A stretch of DNA of 62,935 bases, the filler included, from Octopus bimaculoides (lineage: Eukaryota): NCBI RefSeq assembly GCF_001194135.2. It is 6 parts of 5 records of this genome, joined end to end, with 100 filler letters (N's around TTAATTAATTAA, not from the genome) between each part and the next. Parts side by side here need not be neighbours in the genome. Positions count along the whole stretch, not along the records: positions 22,981 to 33,477 come from NC_068990.1; positions 33,578 to 49,455 come from NC_068983.1; 4 more parts are not named here. One strand, written 5' to 3'. Both the position numbers and the translations under genes were made by a program. Below, piece after piece: positions 24,955-35,689 of the stretch. The first letter of the stretch is position 1; each line of letters begins with the position of its first letter. Under the pieces are notes generated by a model that did not search any database, was not told where the DNA came from, and saw only the letters and a list, made by a program, of their open reading frames with translations.

Positions 24955-25188
24955 CGATGTCAAAAGAGAGAAAAATAGGATAGACGAACAGACAGACAGA
25001 AAGAGAAGAAAGGGAGAAAGAGGGCGAGATAAAAGAGATAAATACAAAGATGGAAAGGAAGACGTGAGAAGGGAGGGTGTTGAAAGAGAGAATATTCGAT
25101 AAAACATGGGATCTTTGAATGTATTCTGTTGTATAGTTGCTATGACGACAGAACCAATTCTTCACTTGCCACAGTCTCTCTCTCTCTC

Positions 25189-25225
<37 letters not shown>

Positions 25226-25299
25226 CTCTCCCTCTCTCTTTCTTTTCTCTTTACTTCTATATGTATTTTCCTCTCTCTTCCTCCTCCCTCTTTGTTTCT

Positions 25300-25332
<33 letters not shown>

Positions 25333-25430
25333 TTCGCTCTCCTTACTTCTGTGTTTTTCTCTCCCCACCCCCTTCCCTCTGAACCACCTCCTCTTTTCCC
25401 CTCAAAATATCTTTGGTTTTGTCGTGTCTT
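24955..25430 (+). repeat. Left arm of a long imperfect inverted repeat
   Basis: GATCTTTGAATGTATTCTGTTGTATAGTTGCTATGAC and CCTCAAAATATCTTTGGTTT match reverse complements at about 30080-30127 and 29900-29922. Confidence 0.7.
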
Positions 25431-25979
25431 GGGAAGGTCATTATGCCAATATTATTAACACACGCACTGGTTAAGAGAAATATAAAAATGTTAAAACAAA
25501 ACCGTGATAATTTGATTGTTAAGGAGATTCAATGAGTTCGCTCGGAGTGTGGGGTTCGAGTTACCGTCGTTCCATCCTTTCATTTAAATTCTTTTCATCC
25601 TTTCTCATTCATTTTAATTTTTTCCCCATTTATGTGTTTATCTGACCTTGTGCTGTTTCCTCTGTGTCAGGCCTTCAGGCATTTATGGCCATAATAAAAT
25701 TAATTCGTAAACTATTTTTTTCCTTATGACATCATAATACACTCACATTTTTCCCCCTTTCTAATCTAGATTATGAAATTCTTGTTATTTCATATTTTCA
25801 ACTTTACAATATAAACCACCATTAGAATCTTTAATATTCTGTCGCATGTGAAGAGGTACCATATCAATCAACATCGTGGTGGACATTTTCAAAGACCATC
25901 TTCTGTTACCATTTCTTCTGAGTCAGTGTGTCCATTGTTTGCCATTGTCCGCCTCGCGTGATCGTTTCTTTGACTACAG

Positions 25980-26077
25980 TGAATGCTAACAGTCGATGCT
26001 CTTTGGAAACGTCCAACGTGTTGATTGATATAGCATCTCTTGATAATGAGACAGTATATAACAGATTCTGGTTGTAA
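25980..26077 (+). CDS. Candidate following or terminal exon (VNANSRCSLETSNVLIDIASLDNETVYNRFWL*)
   Basis: Acceptor CGTTTCTTTGACTACAG, phase 1 compatible with the 24635 donor. Confidence 0.3.
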
Positions 26078-26157
26078 AGTTGAAAATATGAAATGCAAAG
26101 AATTTCATTGGTTTTGAGAGAGAGAAAAAATACGAGTGCCTTATGACGTCATAAACT

Positions 26158-26656
26158 ATGATAGACTTTATTCGATTGCTCGAGGAACGTCTGACGCCAG
26201 AGAAATTTGATTTGATAAACCTGAGTGCAACAGATCAATTCAGAAAATGGAACAGTTGTTGCTGGGCCATAAACCTTAAACCTATTATGCTAATGTATTG
26301 TGACGATAACAGATCTGCTTACATCTAGAAAAAAAATAGCCAAGTTTATCCAAAACATTTGTCCGAAAAAAGAATTTATGAAGGCAACCGTTGCACAAAT
26401 CAATAAGTAATCGAATTATATCAAGGAAATAATGACATACATTGAAAGGTTGGAATGAAAGAAAGATGAAACAGGGGTGCAAGCATCGAGAAAAGAGAAA
26501 GTGAAAGTGAAACAACAACAACAAGTTACATCTGAAAAGAAAATGATAAATCCATCTGGTTCCACGTCCAAGATGGAGCAATTTGATTCCATGTACGTTA
26601 CTAGCAAGATTTCTCCCAAACTAAACTGCAACGCTTACCACGTTAACAGAAGTTAA
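26158..26656 (+). pseudogene. Decayed ORF of unknown origin
   Basis: MIDFIRLLEERLTPEKFDLINLSATDQFRKW..AYI*, then after a frameshift in an A8 run KIAKFIQNICPKKEFMKATVAQINK*SNYIKEIMTYIERLE*KKDETG..HVNRS*. Confidence 0.35.
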
Positions 26657-27029
26657 AGTACATCGTAATGCAATTTACAAATGAAGAATTCATGAACATT
26701 ATTTAAACAAAAGACATTGATGCGACGCTTATGAATGACGGTTTTTAAAACACACATCTTTTTGTAATTTCATCCCCATTTTCTTTAACACATAATATAC
26801 AATGGTGTCGAGAAAGAGACAAGACAAAACGTTTGAACTTGCATTGTTGTAACAGAACCAAATGTTTTTCTTTTTTTTCTTTCTTTTTTAACCATTCTTT
26901 TTCTTTTCTTGTCAATTGTTTTGCAAAGCGGTTAACATGGTTTCGTTTCCGTGTTCAACTGATTTGTTATATCTGTGTTAGGCGGAAGAGGGAAGAGAGT
27001 GTTCTAACTGTAACGGTTTTCTTCCACCT

Positions 27030-29720
27030 TACTTGTGTCAAACTCACCGGTCGCACCTCAGAATCCCTGCACAGGTGGCACTACCCGAGTTGTCAAACAT
27101 CCGCAGTAGGCATGTCCTTCTCAACACGCGGGGGCGGACACAGATGTGCGGCATGACAGTGACTCGATCCGGCTCTATCCGGACGATACCTTAGCGTCGA
27201 TCTTCCGTCTCAGGCTGTCGCAGAGAATCATCATCAGGATCCCCAAGGCTGATCGTGCTTTTGTGATCGAAGCACTAGCGTCGTCAATAAACCAGGTACA
27301 TGCTACCAACAGCCTGCAAGACAAGGACAAATTACTGTATTCTACGACGCTCGTTTTTTGGGGTTACCGAAGGCAGGCGAGGGTCCGGTTCCCTCCTCGA
27401 CTTCGAGGTTCAGATGCAACGTCTCTGCTTTCAGCCACCCCTCACCAACAGGTCTCTCGCTTCTCTTGAGTTGCCCATTGACACCGACGCTGCGCATTAG
27501 GCCCCTTCTGATTGTCCAAAAAGGCTTCGAGTTAAGGTCAATCGAAAACTGAGGGCGCGGTGTGCCTGCTGGCCCCTAGCGACACTCGATCCCACACCGG
27601 AACGTTCTGGCTGCTCTTCATCTCAAGCATCCAAACCCTCCGATAGATATCAGGGATTTCCAAATCCCTAACAGTGACACACCCTTGACCGCATCTNNNN
27701 NNNNNNNNNNNNNNNNNNNNNNNNNNNNNNNNNNNNNNNNNNNNNNNNNNNNNNNNNNNNNNNNNNNNNNNNNNNNNNNNNNNNNNNNNNNNNNNNNNNN
27801 NNNNNNNNNNNNNNNNNNNNNNNNNNNNNNNNNNNNNNNNNNNNNNNNNNNNNNNNNNNNNNNNNNNNNNNNNNNNNNNNNNNNNNNNNNNNNNNNNNNN
27901 NNNNNNNNNNNNNNNNNNNNNNNNNNNNNNNNNNNNNNNNNNNNNNNNNNNNNNNNNNNNNNNNNNNNNNNNNNNNNNNNNNNNNNNNNNNNNNNNNNNN
28001 NNNNNNNNNNNNNNNNNNNNNNNNNNNNNNNNNNNNNNNNNNNNNNNNNNNNNNNNNNNNNNNNNNNNNNNNNNNNNNNNNNNNNNNNNNNNNNNNNNNN
28101 NNNNNNNNNNNNNNNNNNNNNNNNNNNNNNCCACCGCATTACACCCACTTATATATCTCTCCTGTGGTCCACCCAGCTCACTCATGGCTACTGTCAACAG
28201 GATCACTTCTTCTAAAGATGTCCAGCTGGGTGATCCTCTTGGTCAGTTCCTTTGTGCGTTGGCTATCGATGATGTTGCCCGATCAGTCCGCTCACCCTTC
28301 AATGTCTGGTACCTGGATGATGCAACTCTGGGTGGCTCAGCTGAGTCTGTTGTTGGGGATCTTCAGCAAGTCATTCTATCCCTAAAGCTTCTCGGGTTTG
28401 AGATCAACCTGTCGAAGTCGGATGTGATAAATGTGAGATATGATGAGATTGAATCCCAGGACGCCATGATCAGAATCCAGTCCGTCTTGGCGGGGACTCA
28501 GCTAACATCAAGAGATGCTGTCTGCATTCTTAGCTCCCCAGTCCTCCCGAAAGCCATAACAATGTGCCTGGAGACCAAGCTTGCAAACCTGTCCTGAATG
28601 ATTGAGAGATTGCACCTCCTTGGCACATACACGGTACTCTTTCTCTTGGGGAATTGCTTTATCCTGCCGAAGCTCCTTTTCTCACTATGCAATACACCAT
28701 GTCACCCTCTCAAATGCCACCTCAGTGATATCGACAACGCACCATCCGGCGCTGTGCTGAACTGGTCTGCAATGTCAATTTTGACAGCACCATCTGGCAA
28801 CAGGTTAAACTTCCTGTTAGATTCAGTGGCTTTGGTCTCGGTTCTGCATTGGATCTGGCTCCGCCGGCTTACCTTTTCTCGGTGTCTTCCAGCCGCACCC
28901 TCATCGGTAAGATAATCCACGGGATGGCTGAACCAAATGTGACCCAGAAACTAAAGTCGACCCTAGCCAGTTGGATCGCTGAAAGACTTGCCATCCTCCA
29001 GAATACGGATATCCAACGTAACTGAGAGGACATCAGATGAAAGTCTACCATTGAACAGACTGAGACATCATTAGACCAGCACCGCATTGCCTGCTTCCGT
29101 TCCCCTTTGCAGCCAAACAGTGCCCTTCTTATCTACCCGTACAATTCTAGATATTGATGCACTCGTACTGGAGTGGCCCAACGCCTCGGTCTCCGCGTTT
29201 GTGAGTCGCATAAATGTCATTGTAGAGCGGTAGGTGATAAATTCAGCCTGCATCCATTATCCAGCTGACTTAGCACAGGTCGATTCCCCCGACACACCGT
29301 TCTGGATGACATAATCAGAAGTGGCCTCGACACGGCTGGCTTCCCGTCTTAACTGGAGCCAATAGGACTTGACCGTCGGGACGATAAGTTCCCCGACGGG
29401 ATAACTCTCTTCCCATTCGAGGGAGGCATATCCCTAGTCTGAGACGTGACGGGCAGCGACATCTCTGGCTGCAAAAGCGGGTATCGCTGCCAATAACGCG
29501 GAAGAGGGGAAAATCAATAAACGCAAGGGCCTGACTGACAGCTATCAGTCTATGCCGGTCGCCGTCGATACGTCAGGTGTTCTCGGTCCCCGTGAAACCG
29601 ATTTCCTCCACAAAGTAGGGATAACGACAGCCCTTCGGAGAAATGAGCCCCGCGAGGTGAAGGGGCTGCGGCAGCGAAGTGTCAGCTGGCCGCGGGTACC
29701 GGGTGAGCAAACCATTTGTT
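27030..29720 (+). mobile_element. CRE-clade non-LTR retrotransposon (RT plus restriction-like endonuclease), near full length, decayed
   Basis: RIPKADRAF..LASSI; LAALHLKHP; RT DVQLGDPLGQFLCALAI..FNVWYLDDATLGG; knuckle CHCRAVGDKFSLHPLS..GRFPRH; RLE LEPIGLDRRDDKFPDGITLFPFEGG.SLV*DVT..MPVAVDTSGVLGP; many stops and frameshifts. Confidence 0.85.
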
Positions 29721-29894
29721 CAGGTGTATGCAGCTCATTGCTCCTCCCCCTCCATCTTCTGCTGCTTAACCCCACCTTTTTTCCCTTTTTTTCTTTTCCA
29801 TTTCTTTCTTCTTTCTTTTTTTTCTGTTTCTTTGTTTCTTTGTATTTAAATGAAATAATTCTTTACAGTTGAATAAAGTTTAAAAGAATTTCTA

Positions 29895-29965
29895 TATTGG
29901 AAACCAAAAATATTTGGGAGGCAGGGGAGAAGAAGATGCGTGAGAAAGAGAGAGAGAGAGAGAGT

Positions 29966-30024
<59 letters not shown>

Positions 30025-30345
30025 TCACAGAGAAGACGACGAAGAGAGAGAGCGTATGTGAGAGAAAGAGTGAGATGGGCGAATATGGTTGTCATAGTAA
30101 TGACACAACAGAATAAATTCAAAGATCACGCGTTTTAACGAATGCTGAAAGAGAAACCCTTTTCATCCACCTTCTCCCTCACCATCTTTTGTATCTATTT
30201 TCATTTCTCTATCTCTCTCTCTCTATCTCTCTCTCTCTCTCTCTATCTCTCTCTCCCTCTCCCTCTCTCTCTCTCCCTCTTTCTTTCTTCTTCTCCTTCT
30301 TCTTCTTCTTCTTCTTCTCTATATCTTCGGCTTTCTCTGTTTTGA
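29895..30345 (-). repeat. Right arm of the long imperfect inverted repeat
   Basis: See left arm 24955-25430; the same order of unique blocks and (CT)n tracts, inverted. Confidence 0.7.
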
Positions 30346-31229
30346 CCGAAATGTAGTCACTTGACCTAGTAGAAATAGTAACTAAGTCTCCATTGAATCA
30401 CATTTTACTCTTGAACAGGAAATTCTTTATAATCCCTGAAACTATAATTTTTAAAAAAATCTAGACTGTCGTGGTTGTAACGCCTTTGATCAAAGGCCTG
30501 CTCGTGATAATTCACAGCAAAGAAACAGACAACAGGTATGCAGATAAGGGAGAGCACTCTTGTAATATTGTTCATTTTTATGTATCATGAGAGTTATTTC
30601 CCTTGGAAAACTAAACTTTTGTTTCTGCAATTTGAATTTTATTTCTTTTTTTCTCTTCTATTTCAGCTTAAGTAACTCCCTAATTCTAGGGTCACCAAAT
30701 GCGAGTTACTATTTATTATAAAGGACTATACATTGTCGAATGCTTCTCTTAATTTAAAACTGCGTCGTGTGGTTTGAGGAAGATTTGGCTGTTATTACCG
30801 AACAAACAGAGCGGCACATTAGAACGACCCTACGTAGAGTTTATGACTTTACATTATGGTGATCGATAGCGATCGATAGTGATTGTTATGGTAGTGTTAT
30901 TTCTGCTGATGTTGCTGTTGCAGCTGCTGTTGCTGTCTAGCCCGGGGACTGTCCTAATCGAAAAGGCCTATGATCAAAGGCATTCCAATTGTGACAATCC
31001 CGTCTTTTTCCTAAGTTGGGGGAAAACTAGCCCCACATTACCCAACACATCCTTTTCCAAGATCATAAGGAGTAATTTCAGGGTAATTTGGCTGCCTTTT
31101 CTAGGCGGCTGAGTGACTACATAAAGACTCCATGATGGTTGTCAGTGGTGGTAGAGGTGACAATAATGATGGTATGTCCCAGATCAGAACTGAATGACAA
31201 AAGACTGACCAAAGATGAAAGACATTCCA

Positions 31230-31650
31230 ACCATGAGCACCCAGGCATATGTCGTCGTCATCGTCTGCCACTTCTCATTTCCAAATATTTCTTTCTTAAT
31301 TTCTGCTTCCTCATTTATGTCAGTGCCTCCCATCGCTGCCAAGGCTGTTCTGTCGGTTGTGTGTTGCTCCCAGGATTTAGGACCCATTGTGTTACACTTC
31401 ATCATGTTTCAGTTGATCTTCGTAGCATTGGGGCAGCCATGTGATCCCTTGCCAATGCTGAGTATATTTTAGAAGATTTGACACGGCCCTCTGGTGCTAT
31501 TCCTGTGGTGGACATGACCTACCCATCTGAGGCAATATTTGATAACAGTCTCAATATTGTTAACTTTGTCCCATTCAAGGAGTACAAGATTGATGACAAT
31601 CATCCAAGCATACGTAGGACTACATTATCCAATGTGCTCTTCATTTAATG
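31230..31650 (-). mobile_element. RTE-clade LINE C-terminal fragment
   Basis: NNIETVIKYCLRWVGHVHH..GKGSHGCPMLR / YEDQLKHD / MKCNTMGPKSWEQHTTDR matches the RTE LRWxGHV..GRP..KD..WE..DR pattern. Confidence 0.65.
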
Positions 31651-31983
31651 ACAAATTAGGCTGTAATTTGTGGGGGGATTTGGCTGCCATTTACTAGCAG
31701 GTCAAGCAACCATGTCAAAATTCTCAATCATTTTTGTGAACATTAATGGAACCATTTGCACTGAACTAGTTGGGTTTTGTTATGTAAAGTTAGATGAAGA
31801 AAGAGGTTCAGAGTCCGTGATAACCGTAGACACTTCTTGTGAGATTCCTTGCTTGATGCCGAGATTAAAGAGCTACCTTTCTATGTGGGTGGGGAGAGAA
31901 AAACCAAGGATCTGTTCATAATATTCAAAACAGAGTGAAGTCTCTGAAGGCCCTAACCCCAGCATAAATCAAGAAATTTTATT

Positions 31984-32083
31984 GTTGGGTACAATGATCC
32001 TCCGTTGGATACAATGACACCCCGTTGGGTACAATGACCCTCTGTTGGATATAATGACCCTCTGTTGGATACAATGACCCTCT
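31984..32083. repeat. Minisatellite, 5 x 20 bp (GTTGGATACAATGACCCTCT)
   Basis: Units start at 31984, 32004, 32024, 32044 and 32064. Confidence 0.9.
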
Positions 32084-32099
32084 GATTGAACCAAATTCG

Positions 32100-32454
32100 A
32101 TGACTGGCACCTGTGCCAGTGGAACGCTAGCAGCACCATCCAAGCGTGATCATTGCCAGAGCAGCTGTCTGGCTTCTGTGCCAGTAGCACGTAAATAGCA
32201 CCATTTGAGCATGACCGTTACCAGCATCGCCTTACTGGCACTTGTGCCGGTGGCACGTGAAAAAGCATTCAAGCAAGGTCATTGCCAGTACTGCTGGACT
32301 GGCTCCTGTGCAGGTGGCATGTAAAAAACACCATTTTGAGCGTAGCCGTTGCCAGTACTGCCTACTGGCCCTTGTTCCGTTGGCACATAAAAGCACCCAC
32401 TACACTCTCGGAGTGGTCGCCGTTAGGAAGGGCATCCAGCTGTAGAAACTCTGC
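32100..32454 (+). mobile_element. Interspersed repeat with internal ~65-bp tandem units, probably RTE-associated
   Basis: Units start at 32115, 32180, 32246, 32310 and 32376, then GTTAGGAAGGGCATCCAGCTGTAGAAAC; family assignment is from recall only. Confidence 0.5.
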
Positions 32455-33167
32455 NNNNNNNNNNNNNNNNNNNNNNNNNNNNNNNNNNNNNNNNNNNNNN
32501 NNNNNNNNNNNNNNNNNNNNNNNNNNNNNNNNNNNNNNNNNNNNNNNNNNNNNNNNNNNNNNNNNNNNNNNNNNNNNNNNNNNNNNNNNNNNNNNNNNNN
32601 NNNNNNNNNNNNNNNNNNNNNNNNNNNNNNNNNNNNNNNNNNNNNNNNNNNNNNNNNNNNNNNNNNNNNNNNNNNNNNNNNNNNNNNNNNNNNNNNNNNN
32701 NNNNNNNNNNNNNNNNNNNNNNNNNNNNNNNATATATATATGTATACATTTTCTATTTTCAAAAATCTGTAAATGTATTTCACTTGAAATATATATGTTT
32801 TCAAAGGCAGATAGGCATCGACAGCTATCAAGCCATGAAACTAGTCTCTGAGTGCTGGTTTTGCTGGGTGGAGGTACTTGTCTCTACTTTGAAAACATAA
32901 GGACACAAGAAATGTGCCAAGTCCAACAGGAAACAGTGTTTCCTAGGGCTAAATAACAGTAGCATTCTTCCCTTTCATGGGACTGTCACATTCAGTTGAC
33001 AACATACCATCACTTTATCGTGCTGCTACTACATAAATCTCTCTGATAGATATAGAAATAATATATACATGTGATTGGGAAGCAAACTTCTAACCACACA
33101 CCCACACTGGCAACTGTATTTATACATTATTAAAAATATAAATATATATTAAAATGGTAAATAAATA

Positions 33168-33194
33168 ATCTATATATATAAAAATGAGAATGTG

Positions 33195-33235
<41 letters not shown>

Positions 33236-33477
33236 GCCTGTCTGTGTGAATCCCTAAAACTCGAGAACTACGCAACCAATTTCATTCAAATTTTACAGAT
33301 GCCTTACTTAAGGTTCCAGTTGTGCTTTAGTCAAAAAAAATTGTTAACTTCTTGCAGAGTTCGAGCCCACGGCAACATAATATCTCCTCTACTATTTAAG
33401 TATTACGTGTCAAAAGTGAAACAAAAACACTCATGTCAAATACTTTCACTTTAAAAATGAAACTATTCCACTAACTG
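33168..33477 (+). mobile_element. Non-autonomous Helitron/Helentron-like element 5' part
   Basis: TCTATATATATAAAAATGAGAATG start followed by (TCTG)n; homologous to 7733-7910; cut by a gap. Confidence 0.55.
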
Positions 33478-33577
33478 NNNNNNNNNNNNNNNNNNNNNNN
33501 NNNNNNNNNNNNNNNNNNNNNTTAATTAATTAANNNNNNNNNNNNNNNNNNNNNNNNNNNNNNNNNNNNNNNNNNNN

Positions 33578-33973
33578 GTTGATTGTCATCAAGCATTGAG
33601 ATTACTATGTGTCTATAGTATAATGTGTCCATTATTACAACTGCACTTCCTTTATCTGCTTCCTTAATCGTAATATCTTCATTATTTTGGAGTTCTATTA
33701 GTTTCTTCCATTGTGTAGTGTTAAAGTTTGAGTTAACTGTCTGTTTATGCATGGTGTGGTCAGGGAAGTTTTCAATGTGGTTGCAGAATTCATCAATATG
33801 TTTATTTCTTCCTTTGTGTGGGATGTGCTCACTTTTGTTTTTGACTAGTGAGTCATCTTCAGTGTTGTGATTGGTAAATGCTTCTGTGAGTCTTAATTTT
33901 CTACAGAATTCTGTTATACTGTCCTTCACTTCATTTTGGTTGGCTCTGCGTGGAGTTGGGATGAATTTTAGAT

Positions 33974-33975
<2 letters not shown>
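33578..33975 (-). mobile_element. Penelope-like element, RT N-terminal fragment
   Basis: DLKFIPTP..DSITEFCRKLRLTEAF..ITIKEADKGSAVVIMDTLYY, the PLE hallmark motifs. Confidence 0.85.
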
Positions 33976-34004
<29 letters not shown>

Positions 34005-34008
<4 letters not shown>

Positions 34009-34433
34009 AGTTAAACGTAGGTGTTATTCAAATTCTCTTTCTTCCGACACATGTTTCGAAGATATCAATGGAATTATTCCAAAGGAATGGAAAAATTGCC
34101 AGAAACACACATTCAGTGATATCTATCATTATATATAATTTCAACATTAATTTTCTTCTTACATTTCATATTCCCTAGATATAACTTTTTCCAACACTTT
34201 AGGGTTTTATTTAATTTACATATCGGTATATACTTCTCATTTATTTGATTTTTTTCCTTCCTTTACCCCTCCTCTTTCTATAGGCTACCTTTGACGTTAT
34301 ATCCTCTAACGTTTGTTTTTAAAAAAATTACATTGTTTTACAACATTTTATTCCTTTGGAATAATACCAGTGATATCTTCGAAACTTGTGTCGGAAATAA
34401 AAGAATTTGAATAACACCTGCGTTTAACTCCAT
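34005..34433. repeat. Inverted repeat with 84-bp arms (34005-34088 and 34350-34433)
   Basis: 7 mismatches in 84 bp by manual alignment; flanked by TA-rich runs. Confidence 0.85.
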
Positions 34434-34608
34434 CTATTTATTTATATATATTATACAAAATATTTAAAGTAAACCCGGAGTTTCTCCCTTTAAAAACAAG
34501 GAGTTACACCTTTTTTTACTTGTGTGATGTTTTGCTATCCTGGTAAATATTTATCGATTTTTTCCGTGAGGGAAAAATGCACACATCTACTTATATATGT
34601 ATATATAT

Positions 34609-35212
34609 ACTCGAGGCAATTCAGAGGCACTATACAAAAAAGATCGCCACAGTCCAGCAGATGAACTACAGGGAGCGACTGCAGGCACTAGGTCTCTACT
34701 CCCTGGAACACAGGCGGGAGAGATATGTAATAATTTACATATGGAAAATACTGGAAGGACTGGTGCCAAACTTTGGCATCAAGTACTACAGGAATGCCCG
34801 CACGGGTTGCCACTGCATGGTGCCAAAGATGCCGTCCACTGCATCTCAGATAAGAACAGGATACTGCAGCAGCATCGGTTTCAGAGGACCTCAGCTGTTC
34901 AATGCTCTGCCAAAACACTTGAGAGACCTGCAAGACACGGATGTGGAGGTCTTCAAGGCAAAACTCGACGCTTTCCTCTCCACGATACCAGACGAACCAA
35001 TGGCTCGAAATGAGACACAGTTTAGGGCAGCGATGTCAAATTCTCTTATACACCAGATGTGCCATCAAAACTCTTGATTGGACTATATCAGGTGCAGGAG
35101 AAGAGCCATGCAAGGAACGTGAAGAGAGCAAAGCATAAAGACAGAAAATCATGGTGGTGCTCCAGCATGACCACAGCCACTTGGCTGAAGCCCATAAATA
35201 AATAAATAAATA
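34609..35212 (+). mobile_element. CR1/L2-type LINE 3' end: ORF2 C-terminus, 3'UTR and tail
   Basis: LEAIQRHYTKKI..YRERLQALGLYSLEHRRER..FRGPQLFNALP..FKAKLDAFLSTIPDEP..RAAMSNSL; stop at 35077; tail stem-loop 35174-35187 then (TAAA)n. Confidence 0.9.
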
Positions 35213-35689
35213 NNNNNNNNNNNNNNNNNNNNNNNNNNNNNNNNNNNNNNNNNNNNNNNNNNNNNNNNNNNNNNNNNNNNNNNTATATATATATATATAT
35301 ATGCAAGTTTATATCAACAATATTATAAGTAAGCATTACTCTAAAGTAGCAAATGCATTACTTTTAATTCTACAAATATATACCGGCTTTTAAGACCAAA
35401 ATATGTATGAATTGCACCGATTAGTAATCGTTGCAATTGCCACGCTACTATAAAACAGTGCAGCTTATTCAGGATCTTCACTTCATATCGCTCGGTATGC
35501 CCGTCTAATAATTTTCTTCTATAAACTCTGCGTTGTATAACGTAGAGCTGTCCGTGAAATCAGACGCGAACGATCTCTATTTCAAGTTCTTATTGGATAA
35601 TTATTTTCAGTCCATCATTGGATAATCATTTTCAGTCCATCATAAACTTATATAGTTTAAATAATAATTATTCATTTATACTTGACAAA

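Noticed and set aside
32100-32440. Regularly spaced ~65-bp units suggesting CRISPR
   Set aside because: Whole units are homologous with no unique spacers; eukaryotic context, no cas genes
35595-35645. Duplicated 24-mer downstream of the PLE C-terminus as a possible hammerhead
   Set aside because: TGATGGACTGAAA words do not give a complete core or stems
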